This document shows positions 27,873 through 38,220 of a DNA stretch of 64,000 bases, piece after piece. Source of the DNA: an uncultured cyanobacterium (GTDB lineage: Bacteria > Cyanobacteriota > Cyanobacteriia > PCC-9006 > JAAUQQ01); assembly GCA_963718615.1 (NCBI GenBank), contig OY970368.1, forward strand, positions 5,056,001-5,120,000, written 5' to 3'. Position numbers and translations under genes: made by a program. Every line of letters begins with the position of its first letter. The first letter of the stretch is position 1. The notes under the pieces were generated by a model. It was not told the DNA's origin. It worked only from the letters and a program-made list of their open reading frames with translations, and did not search any database.

Positions 27873-28850
27873 ATGAAGACTATAGCGAAGCTTTTGACCG
27901 CTGGCGAAGGCAGTTTCCCTGGGCGTTGGCGAAAACGCTGGAACCTCAGTCCTAGAGGGAAAGGCTGGGGCCTGGGCGCGTTTTTATTACTGACGCTGTT
28001 ATGGGGTAGCACATTTGTCGTCGTTAAGGATACCGTAGTCGAGGTTTCGCCAAGCATTTTACTCAGCGTTCGGTTTCTCCTCAGCGCAATACTGCTCACG
28101 CCGTTGCTTCGTCGCCGGTCCAGAGTGCAAACAACAGTGCAAACCACTTGGAACTGGGCCTTAGGTTGGGCTGGCCTAGAACTGGGGCTAGCGCTATTCG
28201 CAGGCTATATGACCCAAACCATTGGTTTACAGTACACCACGGTCTATCGTAGCGCTTTTGTCACCGCGCTCAATGTCTTTTTTGTACCGCTGTTTTTAGG
28301 ACTATTGGGGCACCGCCTGGGATGGCCAATTTGGCTGGCGTCGCTGTTGGCGCTGGGCGGGGTTGGGCTGTTATCCTACGATGGCTCACCGCCTAACCTA
28401 GGGGATCTTTGGACCTTGGGCACTGCGATCGCCTATGCGGTCTATATCATTCGTCTAGGGTACTATACACAACGTTATTCAGCCTTATCTTTGTCGGTCG
28501 CACAACTGTGGGTGACGACGATCGCTTCGGTGATGTGGGCGATCGCCACCGATTTCAAGGCCTTAATGCCGGAACAACTGATGCGATTGCCCTGGGGACC
28601 GCTGTTGTATTTGGCGATCGCCTGTACCGCCGGAACCACGCTTCTCCAAGCCTGGGGACAACAGCGGGTGAACGCGGTTCAATCCTCAATTTTGTTTACC
28701 CTCGAACCCGTTTGGGCTTCGGTGTTTGCCTATCTGCTCTTGGGCGAAACCCTGGGGACTCAAGGGCTGTTGGGAGCTGCGGCAATTGTTGGCGCAACTT
28801 TGTTAACAGCTGTACCAAACGTCGCTGGCCCTTCGGCGCATTGTGGTTAA
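27873..28850 (+). CDS. DMT/EamA family transporter
   Basis: LWGSTFVVVK, QTIGLQYT, LEPVWAS; about 10 TM. Confidence 0.9.
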   Translation: MKTIAKLLTAGEGSFPGRWRKRWNLSPRGKGWGLGAFLLLTLLWGSTFVVVKDTVVEVSPSILLSVRFLLSAILLTPLLRRRSRVQTTVQTTWNWALGWAGLELGLALFAGYMTQTIGLQYTTVYRSAFVTALNVFFVPLFLGLLGHRLGWPIWLASLLALGGVGLLSYDGSPPNLGDLWTLGTAIAYAVYIIRLGYYTQRYSALSLSVAQLWVTTIASVMWAIATDFKALMPEQLMRLPWGPLLYLAIACTAGTTLLQAWGQQRVNAVQSSILFTLEPVWASVFAYLLLGETLGTQGLLGAAAIVGATLLTAVPNVAGPSAHCG

Positions 28851-28866
28851 GCGGTTCGAGTGAATC

Positions 28867-30795
28867 TCATTCCGGCTGCCAAATTTGAATCCTTTGGTCC
28901 TGAGTGACCAAAAAGCGGTTGTCAGCACTAAAATTCGCCTGCTGAACTTCATCCAAAGATAGCAGATGAACACCCGTCAGACCATCCCGCAAATCCAGGG
29001 CAAAACCAGAACCGGGAACAGTTGTCCCTGGCAAGGGGACAGCGGCAATGGGAATGGCAAAGGTCTTGCTGTCTGGGCTAATCAAAATCGGCTGCTGGGT
29101 GGCTCTAGAATCCCTCGGATCCACCTGGGGGTTGGGGCGGTTACCGGAGTCAACGAAGGCTGAGCGATCGCTCTTGTAGGTTTTCAGATTCCAAAATAGA
29201 ACGAGTTGACTGTCATCTCGGCTGAGCAGCGTTTGACCATCGGGGCTAAAGGCGATCGCCTCCACAGGTCGCTGATGCCGACGCAACGTAATAATTCTGG
29301 CCCCATTATTGGCGTTCCACAACTTGATGCTGTTGTCCAGATCCAGCGTCGCCAAGCTTTTGCCATCGGGGCTAAACGCCATGGCTTGGGGCAGCGTCGG
29401 ACCGAGGGTTTTGGCTTGCTGGGGCGATCGCGCAAAGGCTACTTTTACCAGTTTTCCATTGGGCAAATCCCAGAGCTGGATCGTGCGGTCGGTGGCGATC
29501 GCAAGTCTCGTACTGTCGGAGCTCATGAGCAAATCTTGCACAGCGCTGGCCTGGGTTTCGCCTGCGCCCAAGCTCAGGGTTTTGAGCAGTTTGCCGCTGT
29601 TGAAATCCCAGAGTTTGACCGTGCGATCGCCGCTGCCACTGACCAGCCATTGGCCATTGGGGCTGAGAGCCAGGGCGTTGGGCTTGTCGGCATGGGCTTT
29701 CCAGCTCCGTTGAGCTTTTCCAGTGGTTGTATCCCAAACTTGAGCTTGACCGTTGGCCAGAATCGCAGCAATGCGTTTGCTATCGGTGCTGAAGGCGATC
29801 GCTTGGGCCGGGGAACTGCCAGGTTTGAGCAGCGTGACCAGCCGAGTGCCACTCTCCAAGTTCCACAGGGCAAGGGTGCTGCTGGAAACCTGGGCTGATT
29901 TCTGAGCAAGGCTGGCCACCGCGAGCAGTTTACTATTGGGGCTGATGGCATGGTGCAGCGGGGTGACGGGGCCGCTGCCAGCGGGATAGAGGGCGGCGAG
30001 ATTGAGGCGGTGGAGGAGTTTGGGCGATCGCCAATCGCTGAGGCGGATCTCGGGAGTCTCTAGGGCAAGCTGAACCTGGGAAAACAATCGGGGTAAGTAA
30101 CTATAAAATCGCTCATTGCGCAGCTGCATGGCGTCGGTGGTACAACTGCCGCAGCCCTCTGCGACGCCCGAAAGCAGCGATTGAACCTCCGCATCAAAGA
30201 CCCCGGCCCAGGGCAGGTGGCCGGTTGGGGCTTGGAGTGAATAATTCAGCTCGGATTCGTTGAGCCAGTCACTGCTAATGAAGTCGTTTTCGGGGCGGGG
30301 CTTGAGCAGCTTCCAGCCGACGCGATCGCGAAAAGCATTGACCGCTGCTTCGGTATTATTCGGATGTTTTGTCACAGCCTCGCGCCAGAGCTTGGCCTGA
30401 ACACTGAGGCCAAACCGGCCACCGCTGGCCTGAAGCCAAGCTTGGTCAATCCCTCGAATCAGGCTGCCCATCTGCGCATCAGAGCCCCCTTGGCTTGCGG
30501 TTAGCAACCGGCGGGTTTCTTGGTCAGCAGCGGCCCAGTTTTTGGCATTGAGGTGTTGTTGGAGGGTAGAAATTTGGGCACTACCATTGCTGCGGCTAGT
30601 TAAAGACTGGGTGAGGAGATACTGACCTTGCAGATTCACAGAAGTAGGCTGGGCGAGTAGGGGAGTCGTCGTCAAGAGGGTGGTAAGGCAACTGAGTAGT
30701 AGGCGCTGGACTGGGAGGGAGGCGATCGCAACAAACCTTCGATAGTTTTCGATCGTAGTCGCTCTCAAAGTCGGCAGGTACAACGGAAGGGACAT
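28867..30795 (-). CDS. GUN4-like domain plus WD40 repeat protein, probably exported
   Basis: W.AADQET, IDQAW..AS.GRFGLSVQ, APTGHLP (GUN4); SGSGDRTVKLWD WD40 repeats; signal-like segment ending LLA-Q. Confidence 0.85.
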   Translation of the reverse strand: MSLPLYLPTLRATTIENYRRFVAIASLPVQRLLLSCLTTLLTTTPLLAQPTSVNLQGQYLLTQSLTSRSNGSAQISTLQQHLNAKNWAAADQETRRLLTASQGGSDAQMGSLIRGIDQAWLQASGGRFGLSVQAKLWREAVTKHPNNTEAAVNAFRDRVGWKLLKPRPENDFISSDWLNESELNYSLQAPTGHLPWAGVFDAEVQSLLSGVAEGCGSCTTDAMQLRNERFYSYLPRLFSQVQLALETPEIRLSDWRSPKLLHRLNLAALYPAGSGPVTPLHHAISPNSKLLAVASLAQKSAQVSSSTLALWNLESGTRLVTLLKPGSSPAQAIAFSTDSKRIAAILANGQAQVWDTTTGKAQRSWKAHADKPNALALSPNGQWLVSGSGDRTVKLWDFNSGKLLKTLSLGAGETQASAVQDLLMSSDSTRLAIATDRTIQLWDLPNGKLVKVAFARSPQQAKTLGPTLPQAMAFSPDGKSLATLDLDNSIKLWNANNGARIITLRRHQRPVEAIAFSPDGQTLLSRDDSQLVLFWNLKTYKSDRSAFVDSGNRPNPQVDPRDSRATQQPILISPDSKTFAIPIAAVPLPGTTVPGSGFALDLRDGLTGVHLLSLDEVQQANFSADNRFLVTQDQRIQIWQPE

Positions 30796-30992
30796 AGGAA
30801 TCTAACCGACAACGGTTGGGGCAACAGCAAAACGACAAAATAGCTTGAGAAGAAAAGCGGAAACCATAACAAAATACAGGGAAGCAGCGTGAATCAAGAA
30901 ATTAGAAATATTAGCGAATCTTGTCAGGCCAGTCTTTGCTTAACTGTTGATTCAAACTTTTGCAAAAGGAACGATTCTAGCTAGATATTATC

Positions 30993-31018
30993 GACGTAAC
31001 CGAGATGGCAAGGTTACC
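30993..31018 (-). promoter_or_regulatory. putative ECF-sigma promoter GGTAAC-N16-CGTC
   Basis: Minus strand GGTAACCTTGCCATCTCGGTTACGTC about 200 bp upstream of 30795. Confidence 0.45.
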
Positions 31019-31255
31019 AGCAATATAAAACCTAATCGCTCCCCGATTGAACCATAGCTGGACTGTTCTTATAGTATCGTACTAAAATCCATGGATGCCG
31101 CTACTTTTATGCAACCACTTGAATAAGTGGCATTATCCCGAGCCGAGTCGATGGGTCAGTCCTCAAACTCACCGCAAGATGCTTTAAGATAATGCTTTAG
31201 CCCCCCGTTGATTCACTATTTAGTTTCGGTTCTATTCATCTGAGGAAGGGGAACC

Positions 31256-33064
31256 ATGGTTACCACTCCTATGGGTTTGTTGCGATCGCTATTACTCGGC
31301 TACGCTCTGCTGGCAGCCCCTGCGGCCAATGCCCAGACCTTTCGCGACACCCCCCAACATTGGGCAGGAGCCTGTATCGATCGCCTCGCCCAGCGCAAAC
31401 AGCTCAACGGCTACCCCGACGGCAGGTTTCGCCCAGAGAACCGCCTCACCCGCGCGGAGTATGCCGTCCTGATGCTCAACAGCTTCCCCGAAGTACCAAC
31501 AAACCTCGTGGAAATTCCAAAATTCAAGGACTTGTCACCACAACACTGGGCTTATAAGGCAATGGGGCTCGCTTACCAAAAGCGCATCCTAGTGGGTTAC
31601 CCGGATAAGACCCTACGCCCCGATCGCCCCATTAGTCGAGCAGAGGCGATCGCCATCCTCTACAACCTGGTCTCCCCCCCATCGAATGGTAGCGAGGTGA
31701 TGGCCTGGAATCTCCCCCGATTCCCGTTGCCCAATAATCCCGACCAAATCTTGATCGAACAGTTTGAAGATGCCGCACAAATTCCCTCCTGGGCAAAGTC
31801 GAGTCTGTCAGGCGCTGCTGCTGGGTTTATGGTGGTCGATTATCCCCAAGGCCGAAACCTGCGACCCCAAGATGCCACGACCCGCGCAGAAGCCGCTGCC
31901 TTTCTTTGTCAGATCTCAGATATCGATGGCTTAGTTCCGGTGACAGCGATCGTGGGCACGCGCAAGTTTGCTCAATCGGCGGAATGGCAGCGGCTGTTGC
32001 GGGCTAGGGCAGAGGGAAAACAGGGCTGGTTCGATACGCAACGGCAAGTCGCAGTAATTGCACAAACAGTACCGGGCTGGCAACTGCTAAGTTTAGAGAA
32101 ACCCCAAGAAAATCGAGTTGCAGCTTGGTTTAACGATGCCGATCAAGTTCAAAAAAGAGGATTTCTGGACCATCAGGGACGGGTAGCGATCGCTCCTCAA
32201 TTTGAGGCCACAGGTGATTTTTCAGAAGACCTAGCTTGGGTACAGAAAAACGGAAAAGTTGGGTTTATCGACTCCACAGGACAGGTTGTAATTCCGCTGA
32301 AGTTTGATCAAGCTCAGCCCTTTCAAGAAAATTTAGCGGCGGTTCGTCTCGATGATAAATGGGGCTTTATCGATCGCCAGGGCAGCTTGATTATCCCCGC
32401 TCAATTTTATCAAGTTGCTCCCTTCTCGGAAGGGCTGGCTCGGATTGAAGCCACCCCCGTAGTGCCATTTACGCCCAGTAAATTTGGCTTTATCAACCGC
32501 ACGGGTCAGACGGTGATTGAACCCCAATTTAGCGGGGCAGAATCGTTCTCCTCAGGATTGGCCTATGTCAGCTCTAATCCAAACGATAGTCTCAGTTTTC
32601 AGGAAAAGTACTATATCACCCCCACGGGGCAGAGGGTACTGCAAGATCTTTCAGGTGCCGAAGCAAGCTTCTCCGAAGGACTGGTCGCCCGAAGAGTGGA
32701 GAGACATGAAGATCCACTGCAACCAGTTAAGGTGGAATATGGCTATGCGAATCCCCAAGGTCAATGGGTGATTTCGCCCCAAATGCTGGTTAGCCAATCA
32801 GGGCTCACCTCGATGCAGCAGGCTGGCCCGTTTCAATCGGGATTTGCGGTAATTAAAAGCGGCGATCGCTTTGGCATCATCAACCGCCAGGGCAAGCTTG
32901 TAGCTCCGCCCATTTTCTCCTGGATCGATGGCATCGAAAATGGCTATGCCTACGTCAATTATGGTGGACGGATGGTGAGTTACATCGGTGGATACGATAG
33001 CTCAGCCACCCCTTTTTCAGAGCAAGCATTTCGGGGTGGCCGTTGGGGATACATCAAACTTTGA
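31256..33064 (+). CDS. S-layer homology (SLH) plus WG-repeat exported protein
   Basis: Signal peptide, GYPDGRFRPE..TRAE SLH repeats, KWGFID/FSEGLA WG repeats. Confidence 0.88.
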   Translation: MVTTPMGLLRSLLLGYALLAAPAANAQTFRDTPQHWAGACIDRLAQRKQLNGYPDGRFRPENRLTRAEYAVLMLNSFPEVPTNLVEIPKFKDLSPQHWAYKAMGLAYQKRILVGYPDKTLRPDRPISRAEAIAILYNLVSPPSNGSEVMAWNLPRFPLPNNPDQILIEQFEDAAQIPSWAKSSLSGAAAGFMVVDYPQGRNLRPQDATTRAEAAAFLCQISDIDGLVPVTAIVGTRKFAQSAEWQRLLRARAEGKQGWFDTQRQVAVIAQTVPGWQLLSLEKPQENRVAAWFNDADQVQKRGFLDHQGRVAIAPQFEATGDFSEDLAWVQKNGKVGFIDSTGQVVIPLKFDQAQPFQENLAAVRLDDKWGFIDRQGSLIIPAQFYQVAPFSEGLARIEATPVVPFTPSKFGFINRTGQTVIEPQFSGAESFSSGLAYVSSNPNDSLSFQEKYYITPTGQRVLQDLSGAEASFSEGLVARRVERHEDPLQPVKVEYGYANPQGQWVISPQMLVSQSGLTSMQQAGPFQSGFAVIKSGDRFGIINRQGKLVAPPIFSWIDGIENGYAYVNYGGRMVSYIGGYDSSATPFSEQAFRGGRWGYIKL

Positions 33065-33092
33065 GAGGCGATCGCCTCTCTTCTCTCCAGAT

Positions 33093-35327
33093 TCAGTTGC
33101 TCAAGCAAGCCAAACGCTGGAGCGTTGCCTCCCGGTCTTGGCGGTTGGGCAGCATTTGAGCCGCCTGCTTGGCTTTGGCACTATTGCCGAGGCGCAGATA
33201 GCCATTGATTAAGGATTGCCACCAGCGCGATCTATCATCATCAGCAACATTGACATTGGGCAGGGCGGCAAGGGCACGGTCGTACCAGGCGATCGCCTTC
33301 TCCGGCTGGTCCCGCAGCAGCCACTGATCCCCCAGGTAACTGAAGCGGTCTACTTGCAGCATGGGGGTCTGACTTGCGGGAACAACCCACTGTTCCATGG
33401 CGGGCAAGTCAATAGCAGCGACGCTTTGACGGAAGATCCAATCGGCAAACTCGGGGTGGTTCGTCACGGCGATCGCCTCCGCCAAGCTGAGCAACTGTTC
33501 CAGGGGCAGGGGTGACCATTGAAACATCACTTTGAACTGCTCAAAGCGCTGGTTTAAATCAGGGGTTTCGTTCAGTTTGGCAACGAGCATCTGCTGCATT
33601 TGGTTAGCGGCAGTGGTCTGACCTTGGGCGTGCAAACTAGACACCATAGATTGAACCAGAGGAACAGTGTATTCCAGTCGTTCTCGCTGGGCTAGGCCGA
33701 GCTTCGCTTTTTGCTGAAGTAGCTCTACTAAGGGAGGAACAGCAGCAGCTTGTTCGTGATCTTGAAGGGCTGTAATCAGCTGCTGGGTAGTCGCAATTGC
33801 TCTGGCATCCACGTTTTCAGTGCGTAATTCCTGCTGAAGTCGCTGGCTAAGTTCGAGCAGTTGCTGGGGCTGACCGGCCTGGGCAGCGGCGATCGCCACC
33901 CGCAATAGCCAATCATTTTGCACCTCAAACACCCCGGCATCAATGGCCCGACTCATGGGAGTCGGCACGAGTTTTTTGGCTTTGTCAAATTGCTTGGCCT
34001 TGATCGCAGCGGTAATCAGAAATTCGGCCCCTTCCGATTGCAGCTTGAGTTGCTCAATAAACCGAACCATCTCCGGTTCATAGCCCTGGGCATTGCTCAA
34101 GGCAAACATCGGCTGACTCCATTCATAGTCTCGCTGATCACCAAACCCCATACCAAAGTTAATTTTGCGGCCCTGTTCCCCAGCTGCAAGCAGTTGCTTG
34201 AAGGCAGCGCTGGCCTCCTTCGGACGGTTTTGTTGGCGGGCTTCAGCGGCGATCGCCAACCAAGCCCTCGCCCGATACTGGGGCACATTGGCTGGAATCT
34301 TGGCCGCCGCTATCGCTGCGGTGGTGACGCCCCCCGCTTGGGCAAGGCTAATGATTGCCTCAGTGGCGACATAGTCCCAGTTGTCATTGGCGCTACGCGG
34401 GGCCTGAAACTGCTGCGTAATGGTTTGGTTGAAATAAGCTTGGGCTTTTTGGGGCTGTTTCGCGGCGAGGTAGGCAGCGGCGATGCGGGCATTGTAAGCA
34501 GCCCCTTCATCTCGGGGGTTGAGGGTTTGGGCAATGGCGATCGCTTCATCAAACTGTTGCCGTTGCAAATAGCGCGCAACCAATTTGTCTGCGATGGGGC
34601 CAACATATCCCGGCCCGTTCCGAGGCAGGGCCTGCAATGTCGCTCGGACTTGATCTAAGCTGGTGGTTTCGGCCTGGGTTTGCCCCCAAGCCGCTTGGGC
34701 CTGGGCCAACCGCCACTGGGTCTCGGCACGCAGCAGAGGCTGGGTGATCCCTCCAGCAACTTTGCTGGCTTTTTCCAGGAGCGCGATCGAGGAATTAGAG
34801 CCACTGGGTTGCTGACCCAACTGCTGATAGGCATGAGCCACCGCCACGAGGGCTCGGCTCTGGGCATAGTTATAGCCAGGGGGCAGGGCTTGGGCTGAGA
34901 CAAGCAATTGATTGATGAGATAAAGGAATTGCGGTTTTTGAGCGCTGGGGATGCGATCAATTAGGGTTAGCAACGGCTGGGGATATTGAAGGTTGTCGCC
35001 GCCAAATCCAGCGAGGGTGAGGCGATCGATGGCCAGTTGGGTTTGCTTGGGATTGCCCTTGGCGGCAGTGAGCAGTTGGGCGATGCGCTTGAGCTTGGCG
35101 TCAGAGAGGGGCGATCGCGGCGGCACCTCAGCACTCAGCCAAGGAGCCAGGTCCGCCCATTGGTCATAGGCTTGCTGCTGAAGCTGGGTTTGGCAAAAGG
35201 CTGAGGGTTGGCTGACGGGTGAACTGACGGGTGAACTGACAGGCTGGGGGGCAGCTAGCAGGGATGCCGTGGGCATCACCATCACCGCCAACAAGGCAAT
35301 CACCGAAGCTGAAGATTGAGCAGTCAT
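33093..35327 (-). CDS. exported alpha-solenoid (TPR-like) hypothetical protein
   Basis: Signal peptide and Q/A-rich helical repeats. Confidence 0.7.
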   Translation of the reverse strand: MTAQSSASVIALLAVMVMPTASLLAAPQPVSSPVSSPVSQPSAFCQTQLQQQAYDQWADLAPWLSAEVPPRSPLSDAKLKRIAQLLTAAKGNPKQTQLAIDRLTLAGFGGDNLQYPQPLLTLIDRIPSAQKPQFLYLINQLLVSAQALPPGYNYAQSRALVAVAHAYQQLGQQPSGSNSSIALLEKASKVAGGITQPLLRAETQWRLAQAQAAWGQTQAETTSLDQVRATLQALPRNGPGYVGPIADKLVARYLQRQQFDEAIAIAQTLNPRDEGAAYNARIAAAYLAAKQPQKAQAYFNQTITQQFQAPRSANDNWDYVATEAIISLAQAGGVTTAAIAAAKIPANVPQYRARAWLAIAAEARQQNRPKEASAAFKQLLAAGEQGRKINFGMGFGDQRDYEWSQPMFALSNAQGYEPEMVRFIEQLKLQSEGAEFLITAAIKAKQFDKAKKLVPTPMSRAIDAGVFEVQNDWLLRVAIAAAQAGQPQQLLELSQRLQQELRTENVDARAIATTQQLITALQDHEQAAAVPPLVELLQQKAKLGLAQRERLEYTVPLVQSMVSSLHAQGQTTAANQMQQMLVAKLNETPDLNQRFEQFKVMFQWSPLPLEQLLSLAEAIAVTNHPEFADWIFRQSVAAIDLPAMEQWVVPASQTPMLQVDRFSYLGDQWLLRDQPEKAIAWYDRALAALPNVNVADDDRSRWWQSLINGYLRLGNSAKAKQAAQMLPNRQDREATLQRLACLSN

Positions 35328-35394
35328 AGGAAGCTTAGGGGGTTAGAATTTCGACCCAATCAAGTTGATTAACGGAACCTGACGTCACGGCCAT

Positions 35395-35420
35395 GACGCC
35401 AACCCTGAAGTATAAGTTCA
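35395..35420 (-). promoter_or_regulatory. putative ECF-sigma promoter TGAAC-N17-CGTC
   Basis: Minus strand TGAACTTATACTTCAGGGTTGGCGTC about 70 bp upstream of 35327. Confidence 0.45.
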
Positions 35421-37743
35421 GGGAAGAGACCAGATTTGAAAGCGGCTAATACCAGCCTGTTCTTCAGATATTTTGGGCGGTATCTCGGTGAGAATAATCA
35501 GCTTCTGATTGAGGTTGAAGAGTTGCTGGGATGGAGGGCTGTCGGTTTGACCCAAGCGTCTGACTCGTACTGTCCCCTGAGCTGTGCCATCCGTGCGGTA
35601 GAGCGATCGCCCCCCAGTCGAAGCCCAAGCCAAGAAATACAGCCAGTCTCCCTGTGCCGTCAGCTCTTGAGGAGAACTGGAGTTTTGTTGCTCAGAGGGC
35701 GGGGGGCATTTGGGCCTTGGGTTCTGGGGATTTGGCGGCAGACAAGGTGAAACGATGAGCTGGGAGCCTGGTGCTAGGTCTACCACCTGTTGCGTGCCTT
35801 GAGGAGTGCCATCGCTACTCCACAGTTCCTGGCCGTCAGCACCGCCGCCGCTGAAGAACAAACGGTCTCGAAAAACCGTAAATCCTTCGACATTTCCGGT
35901 GGGGAATTGTGCCAGTTTCTGAGTCCCAGCAGGGGTTCCATCGGTGACCCAAAACTCGTAACCAGATTCCCCGAAGATTGCGCCATCTAAGGGGGTCGGA
36001 AAACTAAAAAATAAGCGATTGTTGAACACAAAAGCATTGCGTTCGGCACGGCCAGATTGCGCATGACTCAAGCGCTTTACCAGACGCGTACTGGCAGGGG
36101 TGCCTTCGGTGGCCCACAGCTCAAATCCCTGGGGCGAGTTGGCTAGGGCGAAAAAGCTGGAGCCCAGTCCTGTCAGCATTCGAGGGGCAGAACTCTCCGA
36201 GCCGGGATAGATATCCTTGAGCAACAGCGTGCCCTCAGGAGTCCCATCACTGGTCCACCATTCCCAACCCGCACTGGGCGTTTCGGCTTCGAGGTAAACG
36301 CGATCTTGCCAGGGGGTGAAGGGCTCTCCGGCGGGATTGAGCGGTTTGAGGGCGATCGCCCCAGTACCATCACTCCGCCATAGCTGGCTCATGCTCTGGG
36401 TATCGCCTAGGGCAAAGAAAAGCTGAGTGCCAGTGCTAGTCAGGCCTCCAAGAAAAAAGGTCCCTTGGGAGGGCTGATGGGGAAACCGGCCTAGAAGCTG
36501 GTTAGGGGCTGGTCTAGCACCACTATTCTGCCAGAGCTGAGTTTCGGTCGGGGTGACAATGGAAAAGACAATGTTGCCATTGAGCAAGACATTAGGTTGT
36601 ATATCCAATCGCTGACCTTGGCGGAGCGCTTGGGAGAGGGGGTCATTGGAAGCAGCAATTAACCCTGTACCTGCGGTCGTTCCATCGCTGCTCCAGAGGC
36701 GATCGCTAAGATCATTCGAGGCAGATGCATCGACCCTAAACCAAGCCCGCTGAGCCGAAGCCCCGATAAAGCCGGGCAGATTGTTTTGGGGAACGCCCAT
36801 CACCTCAGAAGGCAGCGTAATCTCTTGGACCAGGCGCGTCCCTGCCGTTGTGCCATCCGTCGCCCAAAGCGCTGACTGACCAAAGCGATTGGCTCCGCCA
36901 AGCTCTGAAGGATCGCCTGCTGCATCCTGGGTAAAAAACAGCAGTTGATTCTGCACAACCTGGGTGCTGCTGCTCAAGTCTATGGCACCAGGGAATGTAA
37001 ATTCTTTCAGCAATACAGCTCGTTGCCAAAGATCGTTATCCTCTCGGTTTAAACTGAACGACAAATTGGAGGGGCACTTTATAGCGAGCTTCTAGGCTAC
37101 TGGCTCGGGCTTGGCAGAGTAGCGCCGCGACTTCGCCTCGGGCGATCGCTTGCTCTGTTCTCAACTGTCTGGGATTCGGATAATTGACGATCAAATTGGC
37201 CTCGGTGGCAGCAGCGATCGCCCCTCGGGCATAGTCAGGAATCGCAGCTTGATCCTCAAAATATCGCGTGAGCGTATCGTCGATATCGATCGCTGGGTTG
37301 AGCTTTTGCGCATTGGCGAGAACGGCGATCGCCTGAGCCTTATTCAACACCTGGTTCGGCTTAAATTGACGATTGGGATAGCCCACCAAAAAGCCCCGTT
37401 GGGTCGCGATTTGAATTGCCGAATGCGCCCAATGACTCGAAGGAACATCGGTAAACGTAAGCGCGGGTCGTACGCTGGAAGCATCGGGATAGGCTTTGAC
37501 CATCAGCGCGGCAAATTCAGCACGGGTCAAGGTTCCACCGGGCCGAAAGCCCCCATCGGGATAGCCCTGCATGATACCCTGGGCCGCCATGCCCTCAATG
37601 CAGCCCGCCGACCAGTAGCTGGCAGTATCACGAAAACGCGGCGCAGTTCCAGTTTGTTGAGCCGTAGCTCCCCAGGGGGTGAGGAGGGAAAGGGCGATCG
37701 CCAAACTCCACAAGCTTCGAGTTCTAACTTGAGTAGTCATCAT
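35418..37743 (-). pseudogene. SLH plus ELWxxDGT-repeat protein split by a +1 frameshift near 37050
   Basis: SLH ORF 37036-37743 ends ..VQFKPRG*. ELWxxDGT ORF 35418-37064 has only a TTG start and no signal peptide. Deleting one A in TTTAAAC fuses them (VQFNREDNDLW). Confidence 0.7.
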
Positions 37744-38009
37744 AGTAAGACCATCAAACCAGTCCAAAAAATGCTTTTCATGGCCAACGATTCTAAAGTG
37801 AAGAAAGGGATATCCAAGCGTACAAGCAGAAAGAGAAGTTCGAGCTAGCGTTACTAAATTTGATACTAATTGGGGCTAAAACCTTTGCAAGACAGGCCCC
37901 AAAATCCCAAGGAATAGGGACAAAAAGACGTAAAAAGAGCAGCCTGCTTTCCGCATCGGAATCCTTGTTATTGAAAACCTCATCCTCCGAGAAATTTTGG
38001 GGGATAATA

Positions 38010-38036
38010 GACGATCTGAACCTGGGTTAGGTTGCC
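38010..38036 (-). promoter_or_regulatory. putative ECF-sigma promoter GGCAAC-N17-CGTC
   Basis: Minus strand GGCAACCTAACCCAGGTTCAGATCGTC about 270 bp upstream of 37743. Confidence 0.45.
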
Positions 38037-38220
38037 ATCGACCAAACGCAAGCTAGCAAAGAGACCAATAGACAGATGCGCTTCTGTCTACCGATGCGGA
38101 TGGAAGCGAAGGCGATCGCCTAGACTTAAATCAAGTCAGAGACCCAGGCTAGGTGCGATCGTCCTAGGGTAATCAACTCAGTGCTTGCTATCCATCGCTT
38201 CATACTCTGGCCGAGGTCCT

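Noticed and set aside
37047-37054. TTTAAAC as a canonical -1 slippery heptamer
   Set aside because: The upstream frame reads TTT AAA C and needs a +1 shift; the -1 mechanism would need T TTA AAC phasing in the upstream ORF.
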